DNA of 60,422 bases, filler included, from Basidiobolus ranarum (Eukaryota), in assembly GCA_040143965.1 (NCBI GenBank). It is 11 parts of 11 records of this genome, joined end to end, with 100 filler letters (N's around TTAATTAATTAA, not from the genome) between each part and the next. Parts side by side here need not be neighbours in the genome. Positions count along the whole stretch, not along the records: positions 11,047 to 16,458 come from JASJQH010008481.1; positions 16,559 to 21,967 come from JASJQH010008482.1; positions 22,068 to 27,475 come from JASJQH010008483.1; 8 more parts are not named here. One strand, 5' to 3'. A program made the translations under genes and the position numbers. The notes beneath the pieces are model-generated. The model was given only the letters and a program-made list of their open reading frames with translations. It had not been told where the DNA came from and searched no databases. Positions 13,644 through 26,439 of the stretch are shown one piece after another (the stretch's first letter is position 1; each line of letters opens with the position of its first letter).

Positions 13644-16209
13644 AATATTGACATGCACCATCAGTTTCATGCAACCTTACACTATGATTTAGGCCAAGGG
13701 CTGATATCTTTAGACCTGATATTGCAACCAATCCATTAGGGTGTTGAATGTGCAAACCAGTATAATTGAGCCTTATCTCAGCATCCTTCAGGAGAAGATA
13801 GAATATAGTAGGTAGTTAGTATTGGGAAATGGATTTGATCTTTGTCAAGGGTCGAAATCAACGTTCCAATGGCAGGTTCTGGAAACTGAAGTCTATCACG
13901 TGCATATGGAGATGTTTAGTTATAATGCTACATGCCTGATTGCCAGCATAACTTCTAAACAAGATTTCATTAGCTGCGGTTATTCAAAGGAGTTAATTGA
14001 TGGATGAACGTCACATTCACCCTGTATGTCATACCTCTTCTCTAGTGTATATACAGTACATCTACATCACTAATCTTCTGTCTTGTTTCTGTGATTTCAC
14101 TTGAAACAACTAAGCATTTCGGTGATTATCCAGGAAACATCCTAGTTTATCGGAAAATGCATCAGGAACTTGATATGCATTGAATATTGCCATCTTTGGT
14201 AGGTCCATCGCACAACTCTATATACGCATAATTGATTGCCTTCTGGTAATAAGTGAACTTCAGATCTCAGCACGAACTAAAGACATTCCATTGGGTGCCA
14301 TGAACATCCTAACCTTCTCTACATTTACCCAACAGATAATCATTTGGACCTAATTAGCGTAAGGAAGTAAAAGAATATATTCAAAGCCTGCATCGTCCAT
14401 TAAGAGTTTGGGCTATAAAAGTCATTAGGCGTATCATTTAATGAGATTTAGCGGGATTTTGATAGCAAATCCGAAATCAACTAGTGCATATCACTCCACT
14501 TTGGGAATTTGAAAACGGTATTCTACCACTACATTTTTTGACAGTTTACCAGTATCTTGTCCTACCATGAGAACTCTTAAAGAGCAAACTGCCTGGAAAT
14601 GAGAGTTGTTGCTTGACTGCAAAATAAACCGTCTCTGATAGGTGGACCTTTGACTACATGGCTCTTCTGTGGCATACACTCTGCATGCTTTTGAATCTAT
14701 TTGTATGGGAAGTAAGGGATGCACGCAATATAAATACAATTCACATTGTGTCCCATCAACCTTTCTTCCCATGAGGTGATATTTCTATTCTTTAAGCAGT
14801 AGTCGTAGTCACACAGAGGAATCTCTCCAATGTTGTTTCAATATGTATGATCCACCTCCGAATCAGTCATAAGCGAGGGAAGCAGTATCATGAGGAGGTA
14901 CAATTTCCAAAATGAGGCATCCACTAAGGGACTTGGAAAGAGACCAAATAAAGCTAGGAGTCGCACCAACCAGGGATTAAACATAAATATTTCCTTCACG
15001 CAAATTCTTAATTTTGTTCAGTTTTAAGGAGCGGTGGTACCAAATGTATTTACTCCAACATCATTGGGCGGCTTGAGTGATAGTCTATGTATATGTGTAT
15101 CGCATTATATCTTGTATTTTTCATCTATTTTTCGGCAATATGTTCTTGATTATCCTTATCTGGTCAAATATCTAGCAAGCGCTGTTCCATATTGTAAATC
15201 AAATAGTAATCGGGATCTACTTTGAATATAGTCAAGTATTTTGCATTACAAGTCCAAGAATCGGGGCTGGCGATCCCAGCTGAATATTACTACCCTTGAA
15301 TATAAGGCAAATCATCGCTGTGGCACTATAAGCATTTCAATTTATTCAAACCTCTATTATAGGCGTACCCTCAAAAAAAAGGACTTGGGAATGGGTATTG
15401 GATTTGACCACCGGTGTAGAGTTCTAAAGAGAGTTTCTTCTTTTTGTGCGCTTTATCTAATATAGCTTTCTTAGCTCAATGCATGCATTTACTTATGTTC
15501 TAGTTTACTGGAAAGATCAAATCCTAGTAATCAGAATTGGGGCTCGGTGCTTCATCTGGATTTGAGTTCGTGTTCTAAAATTGGAAAGCGACTGGAGATA
15601 GTGATGTTTCAATGATTCTAGTTGAGCATCCATTTTGGTTGTAGTGAGGTTACGCTAGACATCTAGCTATCACATAATCATTGCTGAGTTCTTGGATCTT
15701 TCGGGATATATCTGAGCTAGAGAATAGTCCCTCCCCATTGGCTACTGTTAGCCGCTATAGATCCGCTTTACTTTTGTAGCCTCAATCGAAATTTGGTAGC
15801 CATGGCCTCTCAAATATATCTTTGGGTTAGTGGTCTACGTTCGCTGGTTGATAGTGATACGGAGGGTTTCATTCCGCCTCAATATTTGAAACCATGATAT
15901 CAGCACTGTTCGTGAGTTGCATATACTAGGCGTTATTTGAACATAGTGCGAGTGGATTTAGGCATGATTTCCATGATGTTTGGCTAAGGTATTTGGCACA
16001 TGCCCACTTCTTGAAGCTTGACGGGTTTATAGTGTTCATTGTACCTCAACATCAACATACATTAAAGAACCCTGTGACATGAGGGGAATTGAAGCAATTT
16101 ATTTCCAGGGGCCAAATTAATGCAAAATTGAAAAGAACATAAATTAGTATCTTTAACGATATAACGCACGATATCAAATACAAAACTGGATATAATTTTG
16201 ATTGTTGAG

Positions 16210-16458
16210 TTACTGTAAATCTTTAAACGTATTTCTAGAATCCCACTTGAGTTTGGCTTCGTTTAAGCTTCTCCAAGCATCTGCTTGGTAGCATTTTCTC
16301 CAATAATTGGAATCCCCCTTGGCTCTGGGTTGTAACTCGTTGGCATAGAATCCTAAGGTGTATGGCTTCAATGCGGCAATAGTGTTCTTGAGCCATTGAA
16401 TGTTAGCCTCATCCCACTTAGGGTCGCCGTTGCGAACCCAAGTGCTATAGCTACCAAG
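16210..16458 (-). CDS. 3' end of an FAD-linked oxidase (berberine-bridge-enzyme-like C-terminal domain), truncated by contig end
   Basis: Manual translation gives LGSYSTWVRNGDPKWDEANIQWLKNTIAALKPYTLGFYANELQ...CYQADAWRSLNEAKLKWDSRNTFKDLQ*. This fits the Y-x-N...L-x-x-x-K-x-K-[WY]-D-x-x-N-x-F pattern. It is absent from the ORF track. Confidence 0.8.
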   Translation of the reverse strand, partial: LGSYSTWVRNGDPKWDEANIQWLKNTIAALKPYTLGFYANELQPRAKGDSNYWRKCYQADAWRSLNEAKLKWDSRNTFKDLQ

Positions 16459-16559
16459 NNNNNNNNNNNNNNNNNNNNNNNNNNNNNNNNNNNNNNNNNN
16501 NNTTAATTAATTAANNNNNNNNNNNNNNNNNNNNNNNNNNNNNNNNNNNNNNNNNNNNA

Positions 16560-17165
16560 TCTACTTGTGGCAGGACATTTGTTGAATGCAAGTTGGGGAT
16601 ATATTGGCTGAATTCTTTATGGATATTTGCCAAAATCCAAGAATCTATTCGCTATGTGAATGGTAACAAGAGTTAGCTATTTGTCAAGTGTCAGTGCTAT
16701 TCAAAATTTCAGATGTTTTGCAATTTTTCCACCATTAGTTTGCTGGCAAAGCATATTGATGTTGTTGAGTTATGTCTAATCAGTCAAATATGTGCAAATG
16801 TAGAGACTAAACACAATGAGATTCTTGTATTTTTTGATTCTCAATATGGCTGGAATACAAAGCCTAAAATATCTCAATAAAGGCATGCATATTAATTTGA
16901 ATTCTTACAGCAGTAAACCCAGTAATTTGCCATTTGAAAATTATATTTTTGCAAAAATTGCTGGTTATTGAATAACACATGCCAAATTTGAGGATCAATA
17001 TTTTAACATATATGAATACCATTAAGATACTGTCAAGAAACGGCCATCACACCATCAAAATCCCTGCCAGAATGCAAGCCAGCAATATTGTGACGGTTCT
17101 CTGATGGTTTGCTATTTTGGAGGGTGGATCCAATCTGGATCAAATAGATCTTATTTTTGTTAGGG
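16560..17165 (-). mobile_element. ~600-bp repeat, probable DNA transposon end (CACTA/CMC-like terminus CCCTAACAAAAA). Second copy at ~44355-44961
   Basis: Strong similarity between the two contigs stops sharply at TTTTTGTTAGGG / TTTTTGTTAGAG. The class is inferred from the terminus only. Confidence 0.6.
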
Positions 17166-19297
17166 AAGACTGTGTTACAATGTAGTGGCAGGTGGAGTAA
17201 GTGCACAGGTTGCTGGCACTATAGAATTTGGTTTGCAGTTGTCAACAACTGCTTGATTAACCATTAATCTGCTACCTGTCAGCCAAGCTATAGTCCTTCT
17301 ACATTTGTCTTACCAATGGCTGCATAGGCAAGTATGTTTCTTTTGTTCTTGAGTATCACTACCAGTGCATCATAGATCAAGAACTTGTTGGCTGAGTTTA
17401 CAATTTTTTTGATTAGATATACACTTTTTGTTTATTCTCAGAGGTTGCTGCTGTTACAGTTGTTAAATAGTCAAGAATTAAAGAGGGTTGAGTATGCTAG
17501 TATTGTATTTACTAAAACTGGACTGAAGTTTATTGAGGGAGATACTCCTCTATTTATACCTAACTGATAGAGCAAATGAGTAATGACTAATCCATTGATT
17601 ATTAATCTAATTTGCATATCAGGATCTGGCGCACTCATACAGGGGTGGCACAGTATTGCTGACTTGATAACTATGAATGATGGTACTGTTTATACTGAGC
17701 TAGCAGTAATGCTACTATACTGATAATACCAAATGTTGCATAACTTTAATAAAACTTAGGCTGCTATGATTTAGCAAATCATAACATTGGAGACATTATA
17801 TTATGTTGTCATGTACCAGTATATTATTCAACAGAAAGCTAGACATTGCATTGTGGTTTATCAGGCCTTAGACATTTCTAGAGGCTTGATTCCCTGTTCA
17901 CAGAGACCCCAGAGGTGTGGGACAGACCTATATTACTGCACTTCCATAGTTGGCCAACCATGATTATAGTACCTTTCAATTCCCTCACAACACCTGTAAG
18001 ATATTATGGTTATTGTTGCTGCTTGCACCACAAAACAGCTACAATGTGATGTTGCGCACTCCAAATCTGCCCCAGATATTGGTTTAGGATGTTTATGCAA
18101 GTGTGCATAGGATGCCTTAGATTAATACTTGACAGATGCTTGCCCAAACTAATTAGTTATTAATGATCAGTTAAAGTAGTGGGAACTTTGTATTTGAGAA
18201 ATCTGCTTGTTTCAGGTGGTGCAATATGTATAGTAACCTGGCCATAGTAAATCTGGAATGTCAAGGTACTTTGATAACACATACAATTATTCACTTGCAT
18301 TGACTCTGGATGGTTTCTCACTGGGCAACTATATTGTTGGAAAGGCTTCCTGGTTAATAACTTCTGCCTACTTAAATCTTCCTCCATCTGAATGGTATAG
18401 AGTCTTAAATTCAGATACTATCCATGATATTTGGACCTAAATTACTAGTGCTTCTTAGTAGCTTCTTGCAACCTTGAATTGTGGAATTGGCATAGTTAAC
18501 AAATTGGATTCAGTTGGGTAATAAATTTTTAAAGACAATAATGTTTTATGTACAATGACACACTAGCCTTGAGTAGACTTGGGGATTTTTGTTGGTACAA
18601 TGCTCTAGCTGTAGATTTTGTCAGATTGAAGGGGTTTACTCTACCAGAAATATCATTACTACTACCCAGATACATCACTAAGATCTATGATTTTACCATC
18701 AAAAGTCTGGTTGTACTTCAACATGCTCATCAATAACAATTTATCCAATCAGTCTGGCATCAAAGTTGTAATTAGCCATAAAGTCAAAACTGCATTGTTA
18801 AAGAGGATCAGCTGGAGCCAGAGCTTCCCATTAGGCATTGTGTACTTACTATTCAATAACATCCAATTACTACTTAGTGAGTTGTAGAGAGGAATATTAA
18901 ATCTTTACAAGCCACAAAAGATAGGATTAAGGTTTAAATCAAACAGAAAAATCCCCAAAAGTATCCATAAGTTATATTATTTTACAAGAACTTCCATCAG
19001 TAGCCACTCTTATTGGTGTTAATTTATGTGCAAAGCCTCAAAGTATAGAGTTGCATGTATTTTGAGTGGAATCATGAAGAGATTTCTGCTTGATATCACT
19101 GGCAGCATTGGGAGTTAATTGTGGATATTGTTAATATGTTCTTACGGCATGAACTCACATTGACAGCTACTGCAACTGTGAAAGGATATTGTCATGAATC
19201 TGATCTTGGCATACTCATAAACTGCAAATGAAATTCTTCTGCTATTAAATTAAGACATCATATATGCTGTGCAATCCTCTCTTGGAAATCCTATACT

Positions 19298-19479
19298 GGA
19301 CTTGTTCTATTATGCCCGGATTTATTGGACCTTGGATCAATATATTAATGTAAATGTGATAGAAATTGATCATGCCAGAGGGTGATGGATAGTGCCAAAA
19401 TGCACCACATAAATTTTAGTACACTTTAACCAATATTATATATACAGCACAATCTGGCACTATTGCAGAGAACAAGTCC
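19298..19479 (-). mobile_element. MITE copy, TSD ACT
   Basis: Reverse-complement copy of 13462-13643, with TIRs GGACTTGTTC/GAACAAGTCC. Confidence 0.92.
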
Positions 19480-19789
19480 ACTAGTTTATCCAGGTTACCT
19501 CATGTGGAAGTCATGTTATTTTGAATATTCCATGAAGCCTAACTATTCAAGGCATCCTACAGAGAGTGCATTTACACCAAGACCTTCCACAGAAGTTTGT
19601 ATGATCATCCTTACATCATCTCCCTTTGTGTATGTTTTTGTAGTGCCCAACACTCTGGCACTGGAATTTTCCACAGTCTATCATGTTTCACTCTGCACAA
19701 TCTGTATAAGCTCTCTGGTTTCCTTGATCAGATCTCAGTCTGGAAAACACCCATTATCAATAAAGAATCTTGCCAAGGTATCTTCCCTG

Positions 19790-19890
19790 TTAATTCTTGT
19801 CCAGTCTTGCCTTGTGATCTATGCCCATGTACTCTCCTGCCTTCTAGCCTTGTGTCTCTGTGTCCAGTCCTTGTCCCGTTCCTTATTGTT
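19790..19890 (-). repeat. Repeat homologous to 54831-54937, probably the LTR of another retroelement
   Basis: Shares GTACTCTCCTGCCTTCTAGCC...CCAGTCCTTGTCC..TTCCTTATTG with the reverse complement of 54831-54937, which begins TGTCACA. Confidence 0.6.
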
Positions 19891-20196
19891 GTGGATATTT
19901 GAATTTGATATGAAAAACACAATCACAGGTTGAGTAAAGATAGATGGAATATATGCTGGTACTCAATACATTCCCTGCTACATCTTTCATAAAGCTTGCA
20001 GGTGACAAGCCTATACTAAACATTCAGGGAGCTCATAATAGTATTTTCCTATGGTCAAATTCTGCTCCATACAAAAATCAGCAGTATCAATGTATGCTAA
20101 TCTAAGTCACTATGTATTACCAAGACTAGTAATGGATCTCATTTGATGGGTGAGGGAGACTCCAGACTATATTAATTGTCAAACATGAGGCATGTT

Positions 20197-20726
20197 TCAG
20201 AAAAGTGTTCAGGGGATTTGGAAGTGTTTTGGATAAGATTTTGATATGTGAATTAAACACTTAAGTTCTATTGAAATGAATATGTCCTATGTATAGTTTA
20301 CTATGCAATAGGCCTATTGAACATGCTTAGAACATAACAAACAAGCCAGTTAAGCATGGGTGAAGATTTGAAACAATTGGGAGAGGTTTTGAGAAGATAG
20401 TGAAAATTGGTCAAAGTGATCTAATTGATACTTCTATCAAATAGGGCAATAAACATACATTCTTGAAAAGAACATTAAGAGCTAACTAAGCAGAATATGT
20501 GTCAACTAACTACTAAATAATGAGTTGCTATTTACCTGATTTCAGCATTTGCATTTAACTTAATATTGTGTATTTCTCTCAAACCTAATTTACATCTTAA
20601 TAATTCAAATTGTGCTTTATCCAAAGGTTTGGTTAAGATGTCAGCAATCATTTATTCAGTAGGACAATAGACAAGCTCAATTATACCATTCTCTATTGCT
20701 TCTCTAACAAAATGAGACCTAAAATC
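20197..20726 (-). mobile_element. Copia family A 3' end (RNase H tail + 3' LTR ~20197-20547), decayed
   Basis: The minus strand reads HFVREAIENGIIELVYCPTE*MIADILTKPL. The LTR is homologous to 20727-21078. Confidence 0.85.
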
Positions 20727-21967
20727 TGTTGAAATTAGGTAAATAGCAACTCATTACTTAGTAGTTAGCTTATTCATATTCCTATTATTTAGCACTATAT
20801 TTGCCCATTCAAAAGTGTGTGTTTATTGCTCTAATTGATATTTCTATCAATTAAATCACATATACCAATTTTCACTATTTTCTCAAAATTTCTTCAAATC
20901 ACCTCAAATTTTCACCCATGGTTAACAACCATGTTTGTTCTGATCTAAGCATGTCCAGTAGTTCAGTTTCATAGTAAACTATACATAGGACATATTCAAA
21001 TCAATAAAACTTGAGTGTCTAATTCATAAATCCACATCTTGAGCAAAACAATTCCAAGTCCCCTCAACACTTTTATCAGGTTGCAAGCCTTGGGCAAGCA
21101 GTTAAAGGAATGTGTACCAGTACTATTACCAACATTTTTGCATCCACAGAAAAGTTTGATGGTGAAGACTTTCACCTTTGGAAGTTCAAGATGCAAATGG
21201 TGCTAGAAGACAAGGACCTTTGGGGATTTGTTACAGAAGAAGAAATTGAGCCAAAGGTACCACCAGAAGCTATCCTTGCCATTCACAAGAAACAGAGGAA
21301 TGCACTCTCTACACTTTGTCTACATCACTGAGATTCTCAATTGAGGCACATACAATCTGCCAAAAACATCCAAAATGCTTGTGAAACACTTGAGGGACTA
21401 TTTGAGACTAAAAGTCTGGCTAATAGGCTATCTCTTAGGCAAAAATTGTTCTCAATTCAGATGAATACTGATGATTCTATGCTTAATCATATAAAGTGGA
21501 TAAAAACTCTGGCAGATCAGCTCTCATCCATTGGAGCACTTCTAAAAGAAGATGACTTAGTCATGACACTACTTGGGAGCCTGCCAGAAGAGTTTGGGAA
21601 CCTCATAATTGCCCTAGAATCAAGATCAGAGCCATTAACAATGGAATATGTTGGTGCCAGGCTTTTGAATGAAGAATTAAGGAGATCTAATTCTCAGCAA
21701 AATAATGCAGAACAGGCATTTTTTGGAGCTGTAAAACATCCAACAGGCTTCAATAATGGTGCCCTTATTTGGAAATCAATTGTCTGCAAGTATTGCAAGA
21801 AACCAGGCCATTTAATCAAAGATTGCTGAAATGGATGTTTGCCAAAAAGCTAAAATCGGAACAAGCAAATCAAGTGAGCACTGATAGAGATCATCTACTT
21901 GTGTCTGCCCTATCAGTAACCACTAAAGAAGACTCAGAAACATGGTACATTGATTCAAGAGCTTCCC
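20727..21967 (+). mobile_element. Copia family A element: 5' LTR 20727-21078, degenerate PBS, gag pseudogene through the start of protease
   Basis: LTR TGTTGAAATTAGG...ACTTTTATCA. Protein motifs KFDGEDFHLWKFKM, LLGSLPEEF, zinc knuckle CKYCKKPGHLIKDC and WYIDS, with internal stops. Confidence 0.93.
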
Positions 21968-22067
21968 NNNNNNNNNNNNNNNNNNNNNNNNNNNNNNNNN
22001 NNNNNNNNNNNTTAATTAATTAANNNNNNNNNNNNNNNNNNNNNNNNNNNNNNNNNNNNNNNNNNNN

Positions 22068-22275
22068 CTCCGCCGTAATGTGCGAGTGACGAGATTCGAA
22101 CTCGTACTGACTCTTTGGAAGAGAGTTTGTCTACCATTAACTTACACTCGCTTTTCATCACCTTGCTTACGGGGTTCGTGATCAAGATCTCGGATTCTTG
22201 ATCTAGCCGCGGTTCAAGATATCTGCTTGCACTAGTCTTCAGACATTTCCATTCGTTAATACACACGTTCAACAT
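22068..22275 (-). CDS. Possible 5' exon of an unknown gene, truncated by contig end
   Basis: Open frame from ATG to the gap, CpG-normal composition, pyrimidine-rich leader. No recognisable motif. Confidence 0.3.
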
Positions 22276-23407
22276 CGATGCGTTGTGAATCGATGGCTGG
22301 AGTGGTGGATGGCAACAGGAGAGATGGAGTGTGTTGATATATGCATACAGTGACTGTAAATGGAGTTTCGTTACTGTGCTTGGTAATTAAGACTATTACA
22401 GCAGACAACCTTCATGGCGCAATTCTGATTATTAAACCAGACTAGGCATAATTTGACTCAAACATTAGACCAAGTCGGTTTCGAGGAGAGTTGCTTTAAT
22501 AACTCAATGGATCATACATAAATCGGGCCACTCCCCCTGCTTTGAGAGAATCCATACTCTACAAGGCTAGTTTAATGGTTTGGGATGAGTATATATTCTC
22601 AGATGTGAGGGGCTACTTAAACTTGCACTCAAGGTGTAGTGAACCCACTTTCTATACATTAATAGAAATATTTCATCGAGCCAAGTTGCTCGCAAGTTAC
22701 ATACTTGGCAAATATCGATGAAGCCGTGACTATGGTGAACAACTCTGAGAATGGAGTTGCAAAACCTGCCTTAGTGCGTGCTACCTTGGCGATATTTTGT
22801 TATTATTGATTAAAAAAATAAGCACTAAATAGAAGTCTGTGCCGTACAATTAAGTTCGTTTAATAGAATGACAATACCAACAGCGACCTAAATAGATCAT
22901 GCTCCTACACTAGCCGAGCAAAGAGCTGTTGGCTATAGTAACCTCACTCACAATCATGAGGCTTTCTTAAAATTGAAGTGTAGCCACTTTTTTTTCCTAA
23001 AGATGGATTTTGCATCCAAGTCAACATAACCTGAAGTACGAAATAGCAATAGTAGAGAATGGTTGTTGCGATACCACACATGGCAGTTTCTCTTTTATAC
23101 TTTCTTTCGAACAGTGTCAATATATTCATGAACAAGCTTCCCATAAGAAAAAATACTGTTCAAATAATTGCGCTGTCGGAAGTGGGCACAGGAGAAATGT
23201 CGATTGGGTGTATCTCTTTAAGACTCGAAAAGCTAATGAAGGAAAATATTGTAATATTAATATGCACAGGATCATAACATTATCCATCTAGCCTCACAAG
23301 GAATATGTGAAAATGAGGATTTTAATTTTCAGTATTTAAGCGTATCATCAAAATGGTAGGAAAAAGAGAACTAATGGAGAATATGATCAAGTAGCATGAG
23401 TAGAGGA

Positions 23408-25105
23408 TCATCGGGAATAAGGATGATATCCATAGCGTGATGAGTGTCCGTTACCGGGATTGTGAGAATTGGAGTTTCTATAAGAGGTTGATGGTGGGTC
23501 TCTTACAGTGGCAGACTCTCGACTTGAGGGGCGACCTGAATCTTGAGAAAACTCGTCATCACGGTAAGAAGTGCATCTACTGTCATTATAACTATCATAA
23601 TTCTGAGGCTGTCCATACCAACCACTGCTCCTACTCATGTCAGATTGACTATAATCGGCGTAACCGCGATTGTAGTATCCCGTCATTGATGGATCATATC
23701 CTCTAGGATAGCTACCATAGCTACTGTAGTTATAACTTCCCTCATATCCACCGTACATACCGCTTCCACCGCCATACCCATAGCCCATACTTCCTCGGCT
23801 TTGCTCACTGTAACGGTCATAGCCGTCACCTCCTCTGCTAGATCCTCTGCCACTGTAACCGCCATAGCGACCTTGATCGTAGCCGCCTCGACCGCCACGC
23901 GTAGAGCCCATATAGCGACCCCCGCCTTGATGCATATCTGGTCCATTTCGGCCGGTAGTTTTATGTTTTGGCATAGCACGCTTTACTTCAACCTGAGAAA
24001 TTATTTTTTAAAATAACATTCAACAACAGGTACATGGTATATATACGCTACCATTTTCCCTTGTATAGCAAGATCGCTTCGTTGCAAAGATCTATCGACA
24101 CCATCGGATGATTCAAAGGTAATGAAGCCGAAACCACGAGGACGTCCAGTCTCTCGATCGGTCATTAAAGTGGCATCGATAACTTGACCAAATTGTTCAA
24201 AAAATGCTCTGAACTCTTCTTCATGGACTTCAGGTGCAATTCCACCAACGAATATTTTTTCGGTCTTCTCTTGCTCATCACGAGGGATCGCTCTCTTTGG
24301 ATCCACCTATAGAACAGGTTAGATCACGGTTAACAGTTCAAGCCACGCTCCTTCTATCTCACCAATTTACCATCCAGGTGGTGGTCACTTTTAAGTACTT
24401 CATCAACCGCCATAGGATCAACGAATGTTAAAAAACCAAAGCCTCTGGATCTACCAGTAGCTGAATCCCTCATGACTACACAGTCAGTTATCTCACCATA
24501 TTTCCCAAAATAATCTCGCAGAGTTTCTACCAAAATTAATATACAAAAGAACAGCATTACGGGTCAACAAACACTCGCTGAAGTAACAACTGAACAAGAA
24601 TGGATTACCATCGGATGTTTCCCAATTTAAACCGCCGATAAATACTTTTCTAATAATTTTAAGAACAGGTTAACAAAAAGCTATGAAATGCAGATGCTAA
24701 TAAATCAATATCATGCAGAGATAGCGTGTACTCGGTCATCACTAGTCTTGGTATCTCACGATCAACTCAAGAGCTAGCATGCCACTTGTCTTCGTAGAAC
24801 TTTGCTTTCATATTCAAGAAATCACCATCTTCACCGATATTGCACTCAACGAGATCAACCAAGCATCATAATAAAAATCAAACTTATACTTGCCCCTCAT
24901 CTAAAGTATTATCCATGTTTGCACGATGCGTCTGGCCGCTAGGATCTCGATTTTCTTTATCATCGTAGTAATTCATCTGTCTCAGATTCAAGTGATTATG
25001 TGAATATTGCTGTTCACTTACGTCAGGCAAGGTAGTTGATTCTTGAGCTGGGTGGTAGCCTTGTCCAGAATAATCGCCATCGTTTATATATGCTTCTTCA
25101 GCCAT
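23408..25105 (-). CDS. HRP1: HRP1/Musashi/hnRNP A-type two-RRM RNA-binding protein. Exons 25105-24894, 24649-24609, 24526-24363, 24306-24052, 23992-23408
   Basis: Motifs [31 protein letters not shown] and [10 protein letters not shown]. The RGG/Tyr-Gly low-complexity tail ends RYGYHPYSR (PY-NLS, as in Hrp1). Confidence 0.88.
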
Positions 25106-26439
25106 GTTTCAATATGTTTATCAAACTTTCAAGGCTTTTTCTGATTCTGTAGGTGAAAATCTGCTTTTACTTGGAGTGGTAGACTATATAATGGTTTCAA
25201 ATAAGTTGTTGTTTAAAACTGGCTGCCTAAGTCATTGTACGTGAGAATAAGTTCAGTTATATAAGGACTCCAAAATGGGAACCTACACTAGTATTTTTCT
25301 TTACTCGCCTAAAAGTAAGCAGCTATCTGTAGAGTGGGAAATTGATACTAGTTTTCGCGAAGTAGTTAACCGAGTCATAATAAGTAGAATAATAGCAAAT
25401 GCTTATTAGCTTTGATAGAGAGCATTTATACTTCCATTGAGAAGTTCCGAAGCATTTGAAAATATGAAAATTGGGGTACATAAACTAGCAAGAAGGATGA
25501 ACTAGCAAAAGTAAAATATCACGAATGAGAGATTGATTCTTACCTAAGAAATCTACGCTATAGTCTAATCTTAAACTGCGGTGAAGTGCTCAATATTATT
25601 TTTAACGAATAATACCTACAATATGAAAAGAAAATTTTATAAACAAGAACGATACAACACCAGGCAAAGGTTATCCTTCGCTTTCACATAATATCAAATA
25701 ACACTAACTTAAGATTGTAACTACTTTATACAGATCTTGTGATAGAAGTGATAAACTCTTGTGATCGTTAATGAAAGGTGAGAGCAAGATAGAAGTGGTT
25801 TTGCAATAATCCTATTTCAATAGCAGTCTCGGCTTACAATGGCATTAAGGGTTTTTTTTCTATGACCTGGATTCACGGTGGAAAAGGATAGCTGATGGAA
25901 TTATATACGGAAGTGTAGATTCGCTTGTAAAGAGAGCCAATCCACTCTGATGGGTAGATTTAAGCGACGTGGATTTAATCAAGAAATCCCAAATTAACTG
26001 TAATATGCTTGTCAAGTCATATGATATGTCTTAATTTGGCATCAATTAAGAAATCCAATCTATATCCATGAGTAGCCATCTTGTCAAGTTTGGCTTGAAA
26101 AAATGTGAGGTACTGGTAATTCTTGAAAATTGCAATGGTTTTATTTTGACATATCCTATTAATAATTAGTGCTTCCTTCCATATTCAAATGGTATCTTTA
26201 ATAAATGTAGCTAATTGTTTATACAAAGTATATCTCATATATTCATTTGACTTCATTATCAGTTATCTTTTATATCTATCCCAGATTGGTAACTAGATAT
26301 ATCTTTCTTTACTGTGGTGGCTATTGAAATACTTTGGGAGTTATTGCCAGTGAGTTGGAGAACTAGAATCATTGGTGGTTTGCACTTATTGCTTCATTGA
26401 GTAGAGTTGATATATTACTTTTGTCACTGAGATATATAT

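Noticed and set aside
14400-14800. Possible LINE ORF2 C-terminal relic (LFVWEVRDARN on the + strand)
   Set aside because: Only one weak motif, and no RT or endonuclease motifs are recognisable nearby.
24735-24745. C-box-like GTGATGA in the HRP1-like intron (snoRNA?)
   Set aside because: No properly placed CTGA D box or terminal stem found downstream.
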